DNA of 64,000 nucleotides from Nitrososphaerota archaeon (GCA_041641305.1 JBEPYN010000002.1:32001-96000), one strand, 5' to 3'; positions 39,390-49,771 are shown, counted from the first letter of the stretch. The notes: generated by a model from the sequence alone, not told the origin. Numbers and translations: made by a program.

Positions 39390-40334
39390 ATGGATTCCGT
39401 TGTCTGCGAAAACTTGGTTAAAAGCTATGAGACGAGGCGAGGTTTCTTCTACTCGCGTAAACAGGTTGTCAAGGCTGTTGATGGTGTTTCGCTGAGGGTT
39501 CGCCGAGGCTCTGTCTTCGGGCTCGTGGGGCCCAACGGCGCCGGCAAAACAACCACCATAAAGATTCTAACAACTCTTCTCATACCCGACGAGGGCCGTG
39601 CATGGGTTAACGGCTTCGATGTTGTCAGAGAAGCTGACAAGGTGCGTGAGGTGATTGGGCTTGTGCTGGCGCCGGACAATGGCTTCTACCCACGTTTAAC
39701 AGGGTTTGAGAACCTCGTCTACTATGGGCGGCTCTATGGCTTGGACAAGGACGTGGCTGGTAAACGTGCCGCGGAGCTTCTTGAACTGGTTGGCCTCGGG
39801 AGAGACGGTTACAGGTTTTACGAGGAGTACAGCCTCGGCATGAAGGCCAAGCTCAGCATAGCGAAAGCTCTCATCAACGACCCTGAAGTGGTTTTCCTCG
39901 ACGAGCCGACCATAGGCCTTGACCCGCTCTCAGCAAAGAAAATCAGAACCATGATATCAGACCTTTCGCGGCAGGGCAAAACAGTTCTCCTAACAAGCCA
40001 CAACATGTGGGAAGTGGAAACACTCTCCGACGAGGTTGCGTTGATAAACAAGGGCAAGGTGGCTGCGTATGGTACACCTAGGGAGCTGAAGCAACGGCTC
40101 AACCTCTCCTACATCGTCGAGGTCGAGATAATCGGCAACAGCCCAGCCGACATCAAGTATCCGGCCGAAAACGGTGAAAGAGGAAACACGGTGATAAGGA
40201 CGGCGTCAACCTCGCCCAGTGACACACTCCTCGAAATACTTGACGAGCTCAGGTCACGCAACATCCGCATAGGCTACGTCAAAGTGCATGAGCCGAGCCT
40301 CGAGGAGGTTTTTGCCCAGGTGGTCACGGCGTGA
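39390..40334 (+). CDS. ABC-2 exporter ATPase
   Basis: GPNGAGKTT, YSLGMK, FLDEPT.GLD, TSH. Confidence 0.92.
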   Translation: MDSVVCENLVKSYETRRGFFYSRKQVVKAVDGVSLRVRRGSVFGLVGPNGAGKTTTIKILTTLLIPDEGRAWVNGFDVVREADKVREVIGLVLAPDNGFYPRLTGFENLVYYGRLYGLDKDVAGKRAAELLELVGLGRDGYRFYEEYSLGMKAKLSIAKALINDPEVVFLDEPTIGLDPLSAKKIRTMISDLSRQGKTVLLTSHNMWEVETLSDEVALINKGKVAAYGTPRELKQRLNLSYIVEVEIIGNSPADIKYPAENGERGNTVIRTASTSPSDTLLEILDELRSRNIRIGYVKVHEPSLEEVFAQVVTA

Positions 40335-41104
40335 AGCATCTCAGCCAGTTCACGGCGGTCTTCGAGGCCGAGCTCAAATCCTACCTGCGCGAGGTGGGGC
40401 CCCTCATCTTCGTCGCCGTGCTTCCACTATTCTTCTCTACACTGACCTATAGTATGGGCACTGTGCTCACGGGCGAGGCGGCGCCGGAGAGATGGCTCTA
40501 CCAAGTGATAGGCTTCGGAGTGATGACTGTTTCAATCGTCCTAACCTCGTCTACGGCATGGTACTTTAGGAGAGGCATGTCCAGCGGCAGGCTTGAATAC
40601 GTGATGGCCGCGCCTGCTAACCCCGTGGTCATTCTCATGGCCCATTCCCTCGCAAACGTTCTGACCTCTTTGCTGGCGTTTGTCTTCACAGGCCTTGTCG
40701 GGACATACATAGTCTATGGTCTCGCCAAGTTGCCGGGTTTTCTTCTCGCGGCTGCGGTGACTTTCTTTGCCCTATTGCCTGTTGTCGGTGTAAACCTTGT
40801 GGTGGGTGTGGCGACTATTGTTGTGAAGGAGCCTGAGCCTGTGGCTAACACTGTTGCGGCTGTGGTGGCGGCGACCTCGGGCTTCGCATACCCGATAACG
40901 CTTCTTCCACAGGTTCTCCAGCTCATAGGAATGGTTCTCCCCTTCCACCACGTCGTCGAAACAGCACGCGCAGCCGTGATGACCGGCCTCTCACCCACAC
41001 AGCTCCCCATACTCCTGCTGATGATGCTCTACCTCGTCGCAGGGCTCATGATCTACCGCCATGGTGAAAACCACTATGCCAGAAAAATGGGTGTCAGCTG
41101 GTAA
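40331..41104 (+). CDS. ABC-2 permease
   Basis: G.LE....P, SG..YP...LP, LP..H; six TM helices. Confidence 0.8.
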   Translation: MKHLSQFTAVFEAELKSYLREVGPLIFVAVLPLFFSTLTYSMGTVLTGEAAPERWLYQVIGFGVMTVSIVLTSSTAWYFRRGMSSGRLEYVMAAPANPVVILMAHSLANVLTSLLAFVFTGLVGTYIVYGLAKLPGFLLAAAVTFFALLPVVGVNLVVGVATIVVKEPEPVANTVAAVVAATSGFAYPITLLPQVLQLIGMVLPFHHVVETARAAVMTGLSPTQLPILLLMMLYLVAGLMIYRHGENHYARKMGVSW

Positions 41105-41876
41105 AATCGCCGCCGAGCTCTCACGCGGCCTAACCATTTACAGCAGACAGAGGACATGGCTGCTGGCAGACCTGATACAGTGGCCCTTCTGGATAATCTT
41201 CTTCTTCCTCGCCATACTGGTTTATGCACCGTCCTATCTAGGCGACGTAGAGGTCATGAAAGCAATCTCCTACAGCTTCTTCGTCTTCATCTTCGTCTCC
41301 TCGTTTATGTGGAACGCGACCTCGTTACCCCTCGAGGCCCAGATGGGCGTGGTTGAGCAGCTCGTCCTAACCAAGACACCCATCAGCATACACTTGGTCA
41401 GCAGAATGGTTGTGACGGCTGCAGACATAGCCGTCGGCGGACTAGCCCTTCTCCTTCTCTCATCACTCTTCTTCGGAGCCGACATCTCCATCGCAAAACC
41501 CCTAAACTTCGCCGCCTACCTCGCCATCGCATTCATCTTCTTCCTCTTCTTCTCATCAATAGTCTCCACACTCCTCCTCTCCGTCAAGTCACCATGGATA
41601 GTGACTAACATTCTGCAGTTTGTTGTGCCTTTCAGCAGCGGCGCAATCCCGGTTCACCTACTTCCACCCGAGGCGGCCGCCATCGTCTCGGCTTCACCTT
41701 TCTTCTACATCCTACACCCCATAGTGGCGTCTGCGACAGGCCTCTTCTACCTACCTGAGGCACAGCTGTTTGTGGGCGCCGTAGCTGCGACTGCCATGGT
41801 TGCTGTGCTGTCAGTTTTCGCAGAAAAATATCTGATGAGAAGAGCTTTGAGGACGGGAAGATTAGCTGTCCTCTAA
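41061..41876 (+). CDS. ABC-2 permease
   Basis: E...G..EQ....P, SG..P...LP; TM helices. Confidence 0.8.
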   Translation: MVKTTMPEKWVSAGKIAAELSRGLTIYSRQRTWLLADLIQWPFWIIFFFLAILVYAPSYLGDVEVMKAISYSFFVFIFVSSFMWNATSLPLEAQMGVVEQLVLTKTPISIHLVSRMVVTAADIAVGGLALLLLSSLFFGADISIAKPLNFAAYLAIAFIFFLFFSSIVSTLLLSVKSPWIVTNILQFVVPFSSGAIPVHLLPPEAAAIVSASPFFYILHPIVASATGLFYLPEAQLFVGAVAATAMVAVLSVFAEKYLMRRALRTGRLAVL

Positions 41877-42163
41877 AGAAATAGGTAAAACTCATCCAAT
41901 CACGGCCCGAATCTTGTGAATTGGATATAACCTAGTCTTTTTATGTCAAACCTACTCTTATTGGTAACAAGCTAGCCTGGGACACACGTATACAAGAATA
42001 CTCCCAAAGATTTGGAGGAGATAAAGAAAGCTCATCGGTCGAAACTCGGACTCGCACAAAACATCTTTCTAGCACTACAAACAATATGAAAACTGTGAGT
42101 CGCAAAATGTCAAGGTCCGTGTTGTAGCGATATATATATAGCATTAAAAACATTAATTAATGG

Positions 42164-42859
42164 ATGAAATTGTTTTATCGCGTTTCTATCTATGCTCTCT
42201 GTCTCATCTTGACAATCGTAGCCATCATTCCTATTCAAGCACCGTCCACATATTATGCGGGTTATTATTACGCTGGTCGTGAGATCAATGCACCGTGGGG
42301 AGTATATGCAAACATCTTCACTATAGATCCGGTGATACCCTCCTCTTCGGCGGTGGCTTGGTGGGTTACAGTGGTGCTTTCATATAGAAATAATTACTGG
42401 TTGCAAATAGGTTATGAAGAGTCTTATCACTACCCATTGTTTCATACTCATCCACCACGCTACTTTTACGAATGCATATCTAGACTGGGAGAATTCTATC
42501 ATCAAAACTTTCCAGCAGGTCCTTCAAGAGGTACGTGGCATCAGTATCAAGTAGTTTATGCACAGTCAAGCCAATATATAAAAAGGTGGATACTAAGAAT
42601 TGATTTTGGGACCTACCAAGCAACATGTGATGTCGATCCTTATGCTCCGAAAGATTTTCAAGCGGTGGTTGAAATAGTTAATACTGATAGGATTAACATA
42701 GACGGTAGTCATTTCAAGGATCTTTCTAGGTTTTTAGGACAAAGCTGGGGACTCTGGGACCGCCACATCGTATATTCGGATCCGCCGTATGGGGTAACGC
42801 CTATTCAGCGTGGTGACTGTGGCTATAGTTGTGAGTTCAAGGCCTATGGTGGTGGATAA
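42164..42859 (+). CDS. Secreted aromatic-rich protein, possibly glutamic-peptidase-like
   Basis: Signal peptide; YYAGY, WLQIGY and AVVE segments recall G1/neprosin-type motifs; AT-rich codons. Confidence 0.4.
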   Translation: MKLFYRVSIYALCLILTIVAIIPIQAPSTYYAGYYYAGREINAPWGVYANIFTIDPVIPSSSAVAWWVTVVLSYRNNYWLQIGYEESYHYPLFHTHPPRYFYECISRLGEFYHQNFPAGPSRGTWHQYQVVYAQSSQYIKRWILRIDFGTYQATCDVDPYAPKDFQAVVEIVNTDRINIDGSHFKDLSRFLGQSWGLWDRHIVYSDPPYGVTPIQRGDCGYSCEFKAYGGG

Positions 42860-42860
42860 G

Positions 42861-43517
42861 ATGAGGAGGTACACTATTCCTCTAGTATTGGCTGCGCTTC
42901 TACTCCTATCTATATCGTTATCACAATTTTTCCTGTCAGCAAATAATGGAAGGGAACAAGCACGGTTTGAACCGCCTCTCTATGAAGGGTTTATGTTGCA
43001 AGCAAAGGAGGTGTCGTTAGATGAGTTTATCAATACAATGAAGTCACATGGTATTGAGGTTGTGCTACCTACTCGTCTTCCCAAAAACTTAGTCATAAGC
43101 ACAATTTACTATAAGTGTTGTCCACTAGTTGCCATGGTTGTCTACAGTGCTAGAGGTGAGAAAGACTACAGATACGCAGAGCTAGTGATTGAGATAGCCC
43201 CCAATCCATTCCCACTAAGCGAAGAACATCTACAACAGTTGAACAACACAGCCGTCGACGAATACGTGATCAAAGTCGGAAAAGGGTATGCAAGAATAAT
43301 TCCCAAAGCTCCTTTTGGTGACGAAGAAAGAAACCGTCTCTTCGGCCCTCAGCCCATGGCTATATACTGGGATGGAGGACTGGAATACATTATAGGCGTG
43401 CTACCACCACTCTCACTAGAAGATCTAGAATATGTTGTTAGAGGATTAGAAAAAGCCTCATGGCATCATGAGAAGACGGGGCCGCATCTGAAGCAGGGAT
43501 TGGCCGCTGTATCTTAA
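42861..43517 (+). CDS. Membrane-anchored hypothetical protein
   Basis: N-terminal TM, 'LPT.LP' motif; 1 nt downstream of previous gene. Confidence 0.55.
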   Translation: MRRYTIPLVLAALLLLSISLSQFFLSANNGREQARFEPPLYEGFMLQAKEVSLDEFINTMKSHGIEVVLPTRLPKNLVISTIYYKCCPLVAMVVYSARGEKDYRYAELVIEIAPNPFPLSEEHLQQLNNTAVDEYVIKVGKGYARIIPKAPFGDEERNRLFGPQPMAIYWDGGLEYIIGVLPPLSLEDLEYVVRGLEKASWHHEKTGPHLKQGLAAVS

Positions 43518-43581
43518 TCAGTGGGAAAGAACGAATTCTCCAGATAAGAAGAACTTTGAAGATAGTTAGACTCGCTGTTTT

Positions 43582-44166
43582 CTAGAATAGTGGGAGAATC
43601 TCCTTTAGCATGGCGTCGGCTGGCATCTCTGGTGTGAGGATTTTTCGGAGCACGAGGTTTCTGTCGCCGACGTAGATGACCACTGAATGCGCTATGAAGG
43701 ATGCGTTCTCATCTTTCTCCAGCGGCCTGATGTGATATTTTGTCCAGACCTCGGCCAGCTCATCCCATTCACCGGTCAAAGCGACGATGTGTGGGCTGAA
43801 TTTCGCGACGAAGCGTGCGAGGGCCTCCGGCGTGTCTCTCGACGGGTCCGTGGTTATGAGTATGAAGACAACATCGGAGGACTTTGGGCCGAGAAGCTTC
43901 TCCAGCTCGGCGTATCTCTTCAACGCCATGGGGCAGAGGTCGGGGCAGTTGGCGTAGCCGAAGAAGATGAGCACAACCTTTCCCCTGAAAGACTCGAGCC
44001 CAACTTTTCCACCGTCTGTGCCTGTTAACACGAAACGTGGAAGCGGACTGCCGCCCGTCAGAACATCAGTCTGCAGAGCACCGTTTTTCTCATGGGGAAA
44101 CAGTAGAAAAGAAAGTATGAAGGCGGTTGACACGATTGCGACAGCTATCAGAGTGGGTTTTTTCAT
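43582..44166 (-). CDS. SCO1/SenC copper chaperone
   Basis: FGY..CPDLCP, DP.RDT, conserved His (IAHS). Confidence 0.93.
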   Translation of the reverse strand: MKKPTLIAVAIVSTAFILSFLLFPHEKNGALQTDVLTGGSPLPRFVLTGTDGGKVGLESFRGKVVLIFFGYANCPDLCPMALKRYAELEKLLGPKSSDVVFILITTDPSRDTPEALARFVAKFSPHIVALTGEWDELAEVWTKYHIRPLEKDENASFIAHSVVIYVGDRNLVLRKILTPEMPADAMLKEILPLF

Positions 44167-45617
44167 GTTTTCTTGGATGTTTTTTCGCCGACGTAGACCA
44201 GTAGGCTGAGTGCGCCGAGTCCTCCGAAGAAGACGATGAACGCGGTGAGGTCGAAGGTGAAGCCGATTCCTTGGCCCGCCGAGGAAGGCAGCCCGGCGGC
44301 CGCGTAGGCGACCAACGTGCCTTTCATATATGGATGTATTCCGCAGATGTAGTTGTATTCGCCTTCCTTCTCGATTTTGAAGCTGAACTGCTCCGCGTTT
44401 TTCAGAAGCTGTGACGCAAAGGATGCAGGGCCTTGGATGGCGGCTATGTTATGCTGGCCGGTTATCTCGCCTGAGCCGATGCTGAGAACATCCTCGTTAA
44501 CCCATGTCACGGTTGAGCCGACGGGGACACGGGCTATCTTGGGGTAGAAGCTGTTACCCACAATCTGTATCAGCACTTTTTCGCCGGGCAGGAAGGTCTT
44601 GGACTCGTCTGGGGATGTTGGCTCGAAGGGCGCCACGATACGCTTCGGGTTTGATGGAGGCTGTTCTAACGGGCCGTTGGGGAGGATGACCGGGGTAGGG
44701 GTTGCGTTAGCCGATGCCGCGATATAGCCTGCGGCGCCCTTGATGGCCTGTGTGCCGAATGCGTGGGTCACGATGAGGAAGTTGCCCTCAGCCGGAACAC
44801 GCCACTCAATCACATACGACTCCGTCGGCGCAGCGTTCACCGTCTGCAGCCCAACCTCCACGTTCTCCGGGTTTCCGTTCCGGTAAACATACTCCCAAAT
44901 GCCTCCAACGGCATGGAAGCTCGACACGAGGCTGGGCCCCACGTTGAGGAAGTAGAAGCGGACGTAGTCGCCGGGCCTCGCCTGAATAGGCTCGGTCAGG
45001 TAGCGGAACACGCGGCCGTTGAACATAACGTAGAGAGGTTTGCCGTCGTAGAAGTCACGGCCATTCATGTAGACCTCATGCTGTAAGAGGTAGATTTTGA
45101 TGTCGGGCTCACGGCCCAGCTGCTTCTCCAGCAGATAGCTACCCTTCTTCGGCTCAACAACAACCATACCATACATGCCGGCGAGCGTGTGCGTCAGAAT
45201 TCCATGCCCTCCGGGTGCGCAGTGATACATGTAGACACCGGGGAAATCGGCTTTGAAGACCAGCCGGCCCTCTCCGCCAGGAGCTATGTTGCCGACGAAC
45301 TTGGATGTCTGTGTGTTGGCAGCGTGGAATGACAAACCATGAGTATACTTTCCCTCATTCCTGATAATTATCTCGACAACGTCCCCCTGTTCAACAACTA
45401 TCAAAGGCCCCGGCGAGGTGCCGTTGAAGACAAACGCTTTGAACACAACCCCATCATCTATGACCACATCCTTCTCCGATGCGATGAGTGTGAAGGATTT
45501 GTTGGGTTTAGCGTCTGGCGGAGGGTTGCCGGGAACACCCGGCGCATACACTATAGCCGACGCTGGAGCAGCTAAAGCAAGCAGCAACACCAAACCGAGG
45601 AAAATCAGACCCTTCAT
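44163..45617 (-). CDS. nirK: Copper-containing nitrite reductase with C-terminal cupredoxin and TM anchor
   Basis: FNG..PGP, HGLSFHA, YHCAP.....H...GMYG, SSFH.VG, VTH; extra YICGIHPYMKG cupredoxin. Confidence 0.85.
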   Translation of the reverse strand: MKGLIFLGLVLLLALAAPASAIVYAPGVPGNPPPDAKPNKSFTLIASEKDVVIDDGVVFKAFVFNGTSPGPLIVVEQGDVVEIIIRNEGKYTHGLSFHAANTQTSKFVGNIAPGGEGRLVFKADFPGVYMYHCAPGGHGILTHTLAGMYGMVVVEPKKGSYLLEKQLGREPDIKIYLLQHEVYMNGRDFYDGKPLYVMFNGRVFRYLTEPIQARPGDYVRFYFLNVGPSLVSSFHAVGGIWEYVYRNGNPENVEVGLQTVNAAPTESYVIEWRVPAEGNFLIVTHAFGTQAIKGAAGYIAASANATPTPVILPNGPLEQPPSNPKRIVAPFEPTSPDESKTFLPGEKVLIQIVGNSFYPKIARVPVGSTVTWVNEDVLSIGSGEITGQHNIAAIQGPASFASQLLKNAEQFSFKIEKEGEYNYICGIHPYMKGTLVAYAAAGLPSSAGQGIGFTFDLTAFIVFFGGLGALSLLVYVGEKTSKKT

Positions 45618-45653
45618 GTTATAACATGGTCAGCGACCTGTAAAAAGTCCATG

Positions 45654-45670
45654 ATGCAACAATGTTGCAT
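45654..45670. promoter_or_regulatory. Perfect 8-1-8 inverted repeat (putative operator)
   Basis: ATGCAACA-A-TGTTGCAT between divergent nirK and HTH gene. Confidence 0.55.
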
Positions 45671-45711
45671 GGCTAAATGCATTTATTTAATGGTATATAC
45701 GGGCCCTTGTC

Positions 45712-46317
45712 GTGAAGGCTTCACCTCATCAGTTGACGGTAGTGGTCCGCAACAGTAACTGCAGGGTTGTGCAGGCTCTTTTTCTGCGCGGTGTTGAGGG
45801 CTCTTTTAAACAGATAAGGGTTGGTGAAAAGTTTTCGAGCCATCTCATACAGTTGTCCGAGTCGGTTTCCGAGCCTCCCCACATCCCAGAAGCCACGGTC
45901 TACACGATGGGGCGCAGGTTTATCTGGGTTGACTCTCCAAGCTGCAAAGCCTGTCAAACACTTTCAAACAACCCAGCCATCCCTTTGAACGTCATTTTTC
46001 TCAAAGGCGTCGGCGTCGTCTTCACCTTCCTTACCCCGGGCCGCCTAGTATCGCGGAAAATCGTCGACGAAATGCGGATGAGGGGTCTTGACGTCGATGT
46101 TCTGAGCAGGAAAGTCTTCAACCTCCGCCAAGTTCTGACGCCGAAGCAGCAGCAAGTCCTTTACACGGCCTTCTTGATGGGATATTTCTCACCCGCCCGT
46201 GAAACAAGCTTAAGCGAGATAGCCGAGCGGCTCGGCCTCTCCAAATCAACGGTCTCGCGGCATCTGAGGACAGCTATGAGGAAACTCGCCGTAATAGCGC
46301 CTCAAGAAGCTGTTTAG
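45712..46317 (+). CDS. HTH_10 (bacterio-opsin activator-like) regulator
   Basis: LT.KQ..VL..A...GYF..R..SL.EIA..LG.SKSTVS.HLR.A..KL. Confidence 0.9.
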   Translation: MKASPHQLTVVVRNSNCRVVQALFLRGVEGSFKQIRVGEKFSSHLIQLSESVSEPPHIPEATVYTMGRRFIWVDSPSCKACQTLSNNPAIPLNVIFLKGVGVVFTFLTPGRLVSRKIVDEMRMRGLDVDVLSRKVFNLRQVLTPKQQQVLYTAFLMGYFSPARETSLSEIAERLGLSKSTVSRHLRTAMRKLAVIAPQEAV

Positions 46318-46407
46318 CGCCGCGGATGCCTGCCTCTTGTGGGCAAGTGTTTAGCTAAGTTTTAAATGGTGCTTATGCCGTAATAATACCGCGATAAGTG
46401 GTCGTCC

Positions 46408-46623
46408 ATGGTCAAGCACATCCTGGTAACGTTGTCGGACGAGCAGTACAAATGTGTCAGCTTCCTGAGAAACAAGATGGGAAGCAGTGACGCCGAGGTT
46501 CTCCGCAACATTTTCCTTTCATGGCTGGCTGAGAAGGCGATGATAGGGTGTTGGGAGACGGAGAGGGCTGTGGAGGAGTTTCAGAAGAAGTGGATGGAGA
46601 AGAAGGAGAAATCAACGGTTTAG
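46408..46623 (+). CDS. Ribbon-helix-helix (CopG-like) protein
   Basis: I.VTL, 'MG.SDAEV.RNI..SWL.EK'. Confidence 0.7.
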   Translation: MVKHILVTLSDEQYKCVSFLRNKMGSSDAEVLRNIFLSWLAEKAMIGCWETERAVEEFQKKWMEKKEKSTV

Positions 46624-46633
46624 GCGGCACAAT

Positions 46634-47542
46634 ATGACAGTTATTGAGGCGGAGCTTCTCCGAACAGAGTCGGAGGGTCTGTGGCATCTAGTGGGCAAAA
46701 CCCCTCTCCTCAGGCTTAGGTCTTTCGAGAAACCCGGCGTCAAACTCTACGCCAAATGTGAGATGTTCAACCCTGGGGGCTCGGTGAAGGATAGGCCCGC
46801 GCTCAGCATCCTCTTGGACGGCATAAGGTCTGGACGCCTCTCCCCTGGTAAAAGCATCCTCGACGCGACCTCGGGCAACATGGGAGTGTCCTACAGCATG
46901 CTCGCCGCTTCGCTCGGCTACCGCACCATAATGGTGTCACCTTCAAACATCTCACCCATCAAGCTCCGCAAAATGAAGGCCTTCGGCGCCCAAGTCATCT
47001 TAACCGACGCGCTGGAAGGCATCGACGGAGCCATCCGTAAAGTCAGGGAAATGTATGAACAGGAGCCTGAGAAATATTTCTACGCCGACCAGTACAGCAA
47101 CCCGGCCAACCCACGTGCACACTATGAGACAACGGGGCCCGAGATCTGGATGCAGACAGGCGGCAAAATCACGCATTTCGTCGCAGGAGTTGGCACCTCC
47201 GGCACACTACAGGGCACGGCAGCCTTCCTCAAGGAGAAGAACCCGAGGATAAAGGTTGTCGAGGTGCAGCCCGAGGACGAGTTCCACGGTATAGAGGGCC
47301 TCAAACACATGGCATCGGCGCTCAGGCCCAGCCTATACCGCGAAGACATCGCCGACGTCAGATACTTCATCCGCACAGAGGACGCGGCGGAAACCAGCCG
47401 GAGGCTCGCCGTCTCAGAGGGGCTTCTCTCAGGATACTCAGGCGGAGCAGCCTTGAGGGCCGCTGTTAATCTGATGGAGGAGTTGGATGAAGGCGTCGTG
47501 GTCGTGGTTTTGCCTGATAGCTACGGTGACGGGGGGAGATGA
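46634..47542 (+). CDS. cysM: PLP-dependent cysteine synthase (CysM-like)
   Basis: NPGGSVKDR, ATSGN.G, QY.N..N...HY.TTGPEI, G.GTSGT, IEGLK. Confidence 0.88.
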   Translation: MTVIEAELLRTESEGLWHLVGKTPLLRLRSFEKPGVKLYAKCEMFNPGGSVKDRPALSILLDGIRSGRLSPGKSILDATSGNMGVSYSMLAASLGYRTIMVSPSNISPIKLRKMKAFGAQVILTDALEGIDGAIRKVREMYEQEPEKYFYADQYSNPANPRAHYETTGPEIWMQTGGKITHFVAGVGTSGTLQGTAAFLKEKNPRIKVVEVQPEDEFHGIEGLKHMASALRPSLYREDIADVRYFIRTEDAAETSRRLAVSEGLLSGYSGGAALRAAVNLMEELDEGVVVVVLPDSYGDGGR

Positions 47543-47961
47543 GGCTGGTGGTTAAGCGGCGGGTCTTCGAGGAAATAGCCAAGAAATGCGTAGAGGGATA
47601 CCCGTATGAGACAGCGGGCCTCATGCTCGGCGACCTCGGCGACAGGCTTGTCCTCGACACCATCCCAGTCCAAAACGTCCACGAACAGGACAGGAGAGTA
47701 AGGTACCGGATAGACCCGATGGAGTATTACCGGGCGGAGAAAACCGCCGAGGAAAAAGGAATGACGATTGTGGGCGTGTATCACTCGCATCCAAACGTCG
47801 CCGCCCGCCCCTCAGCCTACGACCTCGAATACGCCCTACCCCCATGGTCATACCTCATACTCTCCGTAAACCATGAAAAAGTCCTCGAATACGCCAGCTG
47901 GAGAGCCGTCCAAAACAACGGCGAGAAAAAATTCATCCAAGAAGAGGTCGTCGTCGAGTAA
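47539..47961 (+). CDS. JAMM/MPN+ (M67, Mec-like) metallopeptidase
   Basis: P.E..G, YHSHP...A.PS..D; 4-nt overlap with cysM. Confidence 0.9.
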   Translation: MRLVVKRRVFEEIAKKCVEGYPYETAGLMLGDLGDRLVLDTIPVQNVHEQDRRVRYRIDPMEYYRAEKTAEEKGMTIVGVYHSHPNVAARPSAYDLEYALPPWSYLILSVNHEKVLEYASWRAVQNNGEKKFIQEEVVVE

Positions 47962-48271
47962 AGGCAAGACGATATGTTCAAGCCGTATGGGGAGGACCCA
48001 TAGAAATCCTCTCATCATCCTCCGACATGCCAGCAGCTTATCCGAATTATAAGAAGAACTCGTTTCAAAATATTTAAGCCCTCTTATCTTGATAGCTCTA
48101 TGTGGAGTTAAGGGAGCTGCATCCCCTCTAAACACTAGATGGAGGAGGATAATAATTGAGGGGGAATTTGAAATTCGCTCTTAATCCAAATGTTGTGGGT
48201 TGGTTTATGGCCTGGTATTTATATGCTATATAGGTTTGGCTGTATCGCTCACCTTAGATGGGGGGAAATAG

Positions 48272-48780
48272 TTGGGCTTTTTAAGGAGGTTAGGTGGTCT
48301 ATCGTGTCCTAAGTGCGGTTGTGGGAGGGGTTGGAGGCATGGTGAGTATGTGGATCGCAGGGGACAGGTATGGAATAGGTATCTATGTAGGGGATGTGGG
48401 GTGATGTTCAACGACAAGACTGGAACATTGCTACACTACTCTAGGCTCAGCCTCCAGCAGCTAGTACTGCTATCCTTCTATCTTGGCCTTCCGTTTATGA
48501 GGCCATCCAATTCCCTTGGGATAGGGTATAAGATGTTTAGGAGGATGTTATCGGCGGTTTCTCGTTCGGGTGATGGATCTAGGCTGTCTGGGGTTGTTGA
48601 GCTGGATGAGATGTTCATAACTGCAGGGCTTAAGGGAAGGGGATACCGTTGAGAGGGGCTCTAGGCTATACACCGACGAATACCCATCATACAGCATACT
48701 GGAGGAGGCTGGATACGGGCATGAAAAAGTAAACCACTCCAGAGGAGAGTATGCTAGGGGAGACGCACATATAAACAACT
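48272..48780 (+). mobile_element. IS1595-family (ISXO2-like) transposase remnant
   Basis: Zn ribbon CPKCG..YLCRGC..FNDKTGT, LSGVVELDE, then YTDEY..Y, VNHS.GEYA.GD.H.N in another frame; internal deletions. Confidence 0.8.
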
Positions 48781-49771
48781 CAATACCACAAGAGAATATC
48801 CAAGACGAGCATCAGCGAAGCAATAATGGAGGCCATAAAGGTATAAATACCCACAAAAATCGGATTAAGAGCGAATAATAAATATTTATCCCTCACGGGA
48901 AAAGTTGCTCCAAGAATTCTTTAGAGGCTCTTCCGGAGTCGCCTACTCTGGCATCTCCCGTTAAAAAGGCACCCATCCACAGCCCGGGTCGCATAGTGGC
49001 GTGGCACAAGATTCGAGCCAGCCAACCAGCCCCACCACTTAACAGAAATAACCAACCACGGGGCGACACGTACTATTGCAGGTGGATTGTTTTGTCCCCT
49101 CACCCTCAATCCGTCAGTTTATTAGCCACAGCTACCGGTAAACCCCGTCCATCAAACAGCTTTGCGTAATTATGGTCAACCCCAATTTTCGCCAATAGGC
49201 TAACATGCTGACAAATTATTGTCACCTCACATCCGTGGAAAACCAAAATTTCCGGGAATTAGCCCCGGGTATTACCTGACCGAAATTAGTCAAAATCTGT
49301 AATACGCCCAGTTTCTGCGGCTTAGAGAGGCTGAATTTCGGCTTTTGGAGGCATTCACTAGAGAGTTCTTAGGAATACCTCGACGGTTGACGATTCCTGG
49401 CGGTCTTTGTGTGTTGGGTGTTATTCCGCCAGTTGTTAGCTTTAGACTCCGGCTTCTCCACCCGGGCTAAATGGAAATGAGATGGGGAGAAGGCCCCAAC
49501 ATCTTGACAAATCTCATGAGGCGGCCCAGCAGGCCAGGGGATAGGAGAGTGATATACCACGTCGCTACAGAGCCAAGAGAATGGCGGGGAGGAAAAACAT
49601 ACATAGACATTGAAACAGGTTTGGGATTCGCTCTGCCAGAAGAGTACGTTCCTTGAACGCTTCATGAGCATAGATATTATGATTCGCCGAAAATGCTCTT
49701 GTATGTCCGGTATATGGCCTGCAAAGGTTTTAAGAAACGGCAGGGCTGATTGGTTTGAATAAGATTCGGGA

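Noticed and set aside
49471-49656. 61-aa ORF upstream of the MTase
   Set aside because: No recognisable domain; cannot be distinguished from chance.
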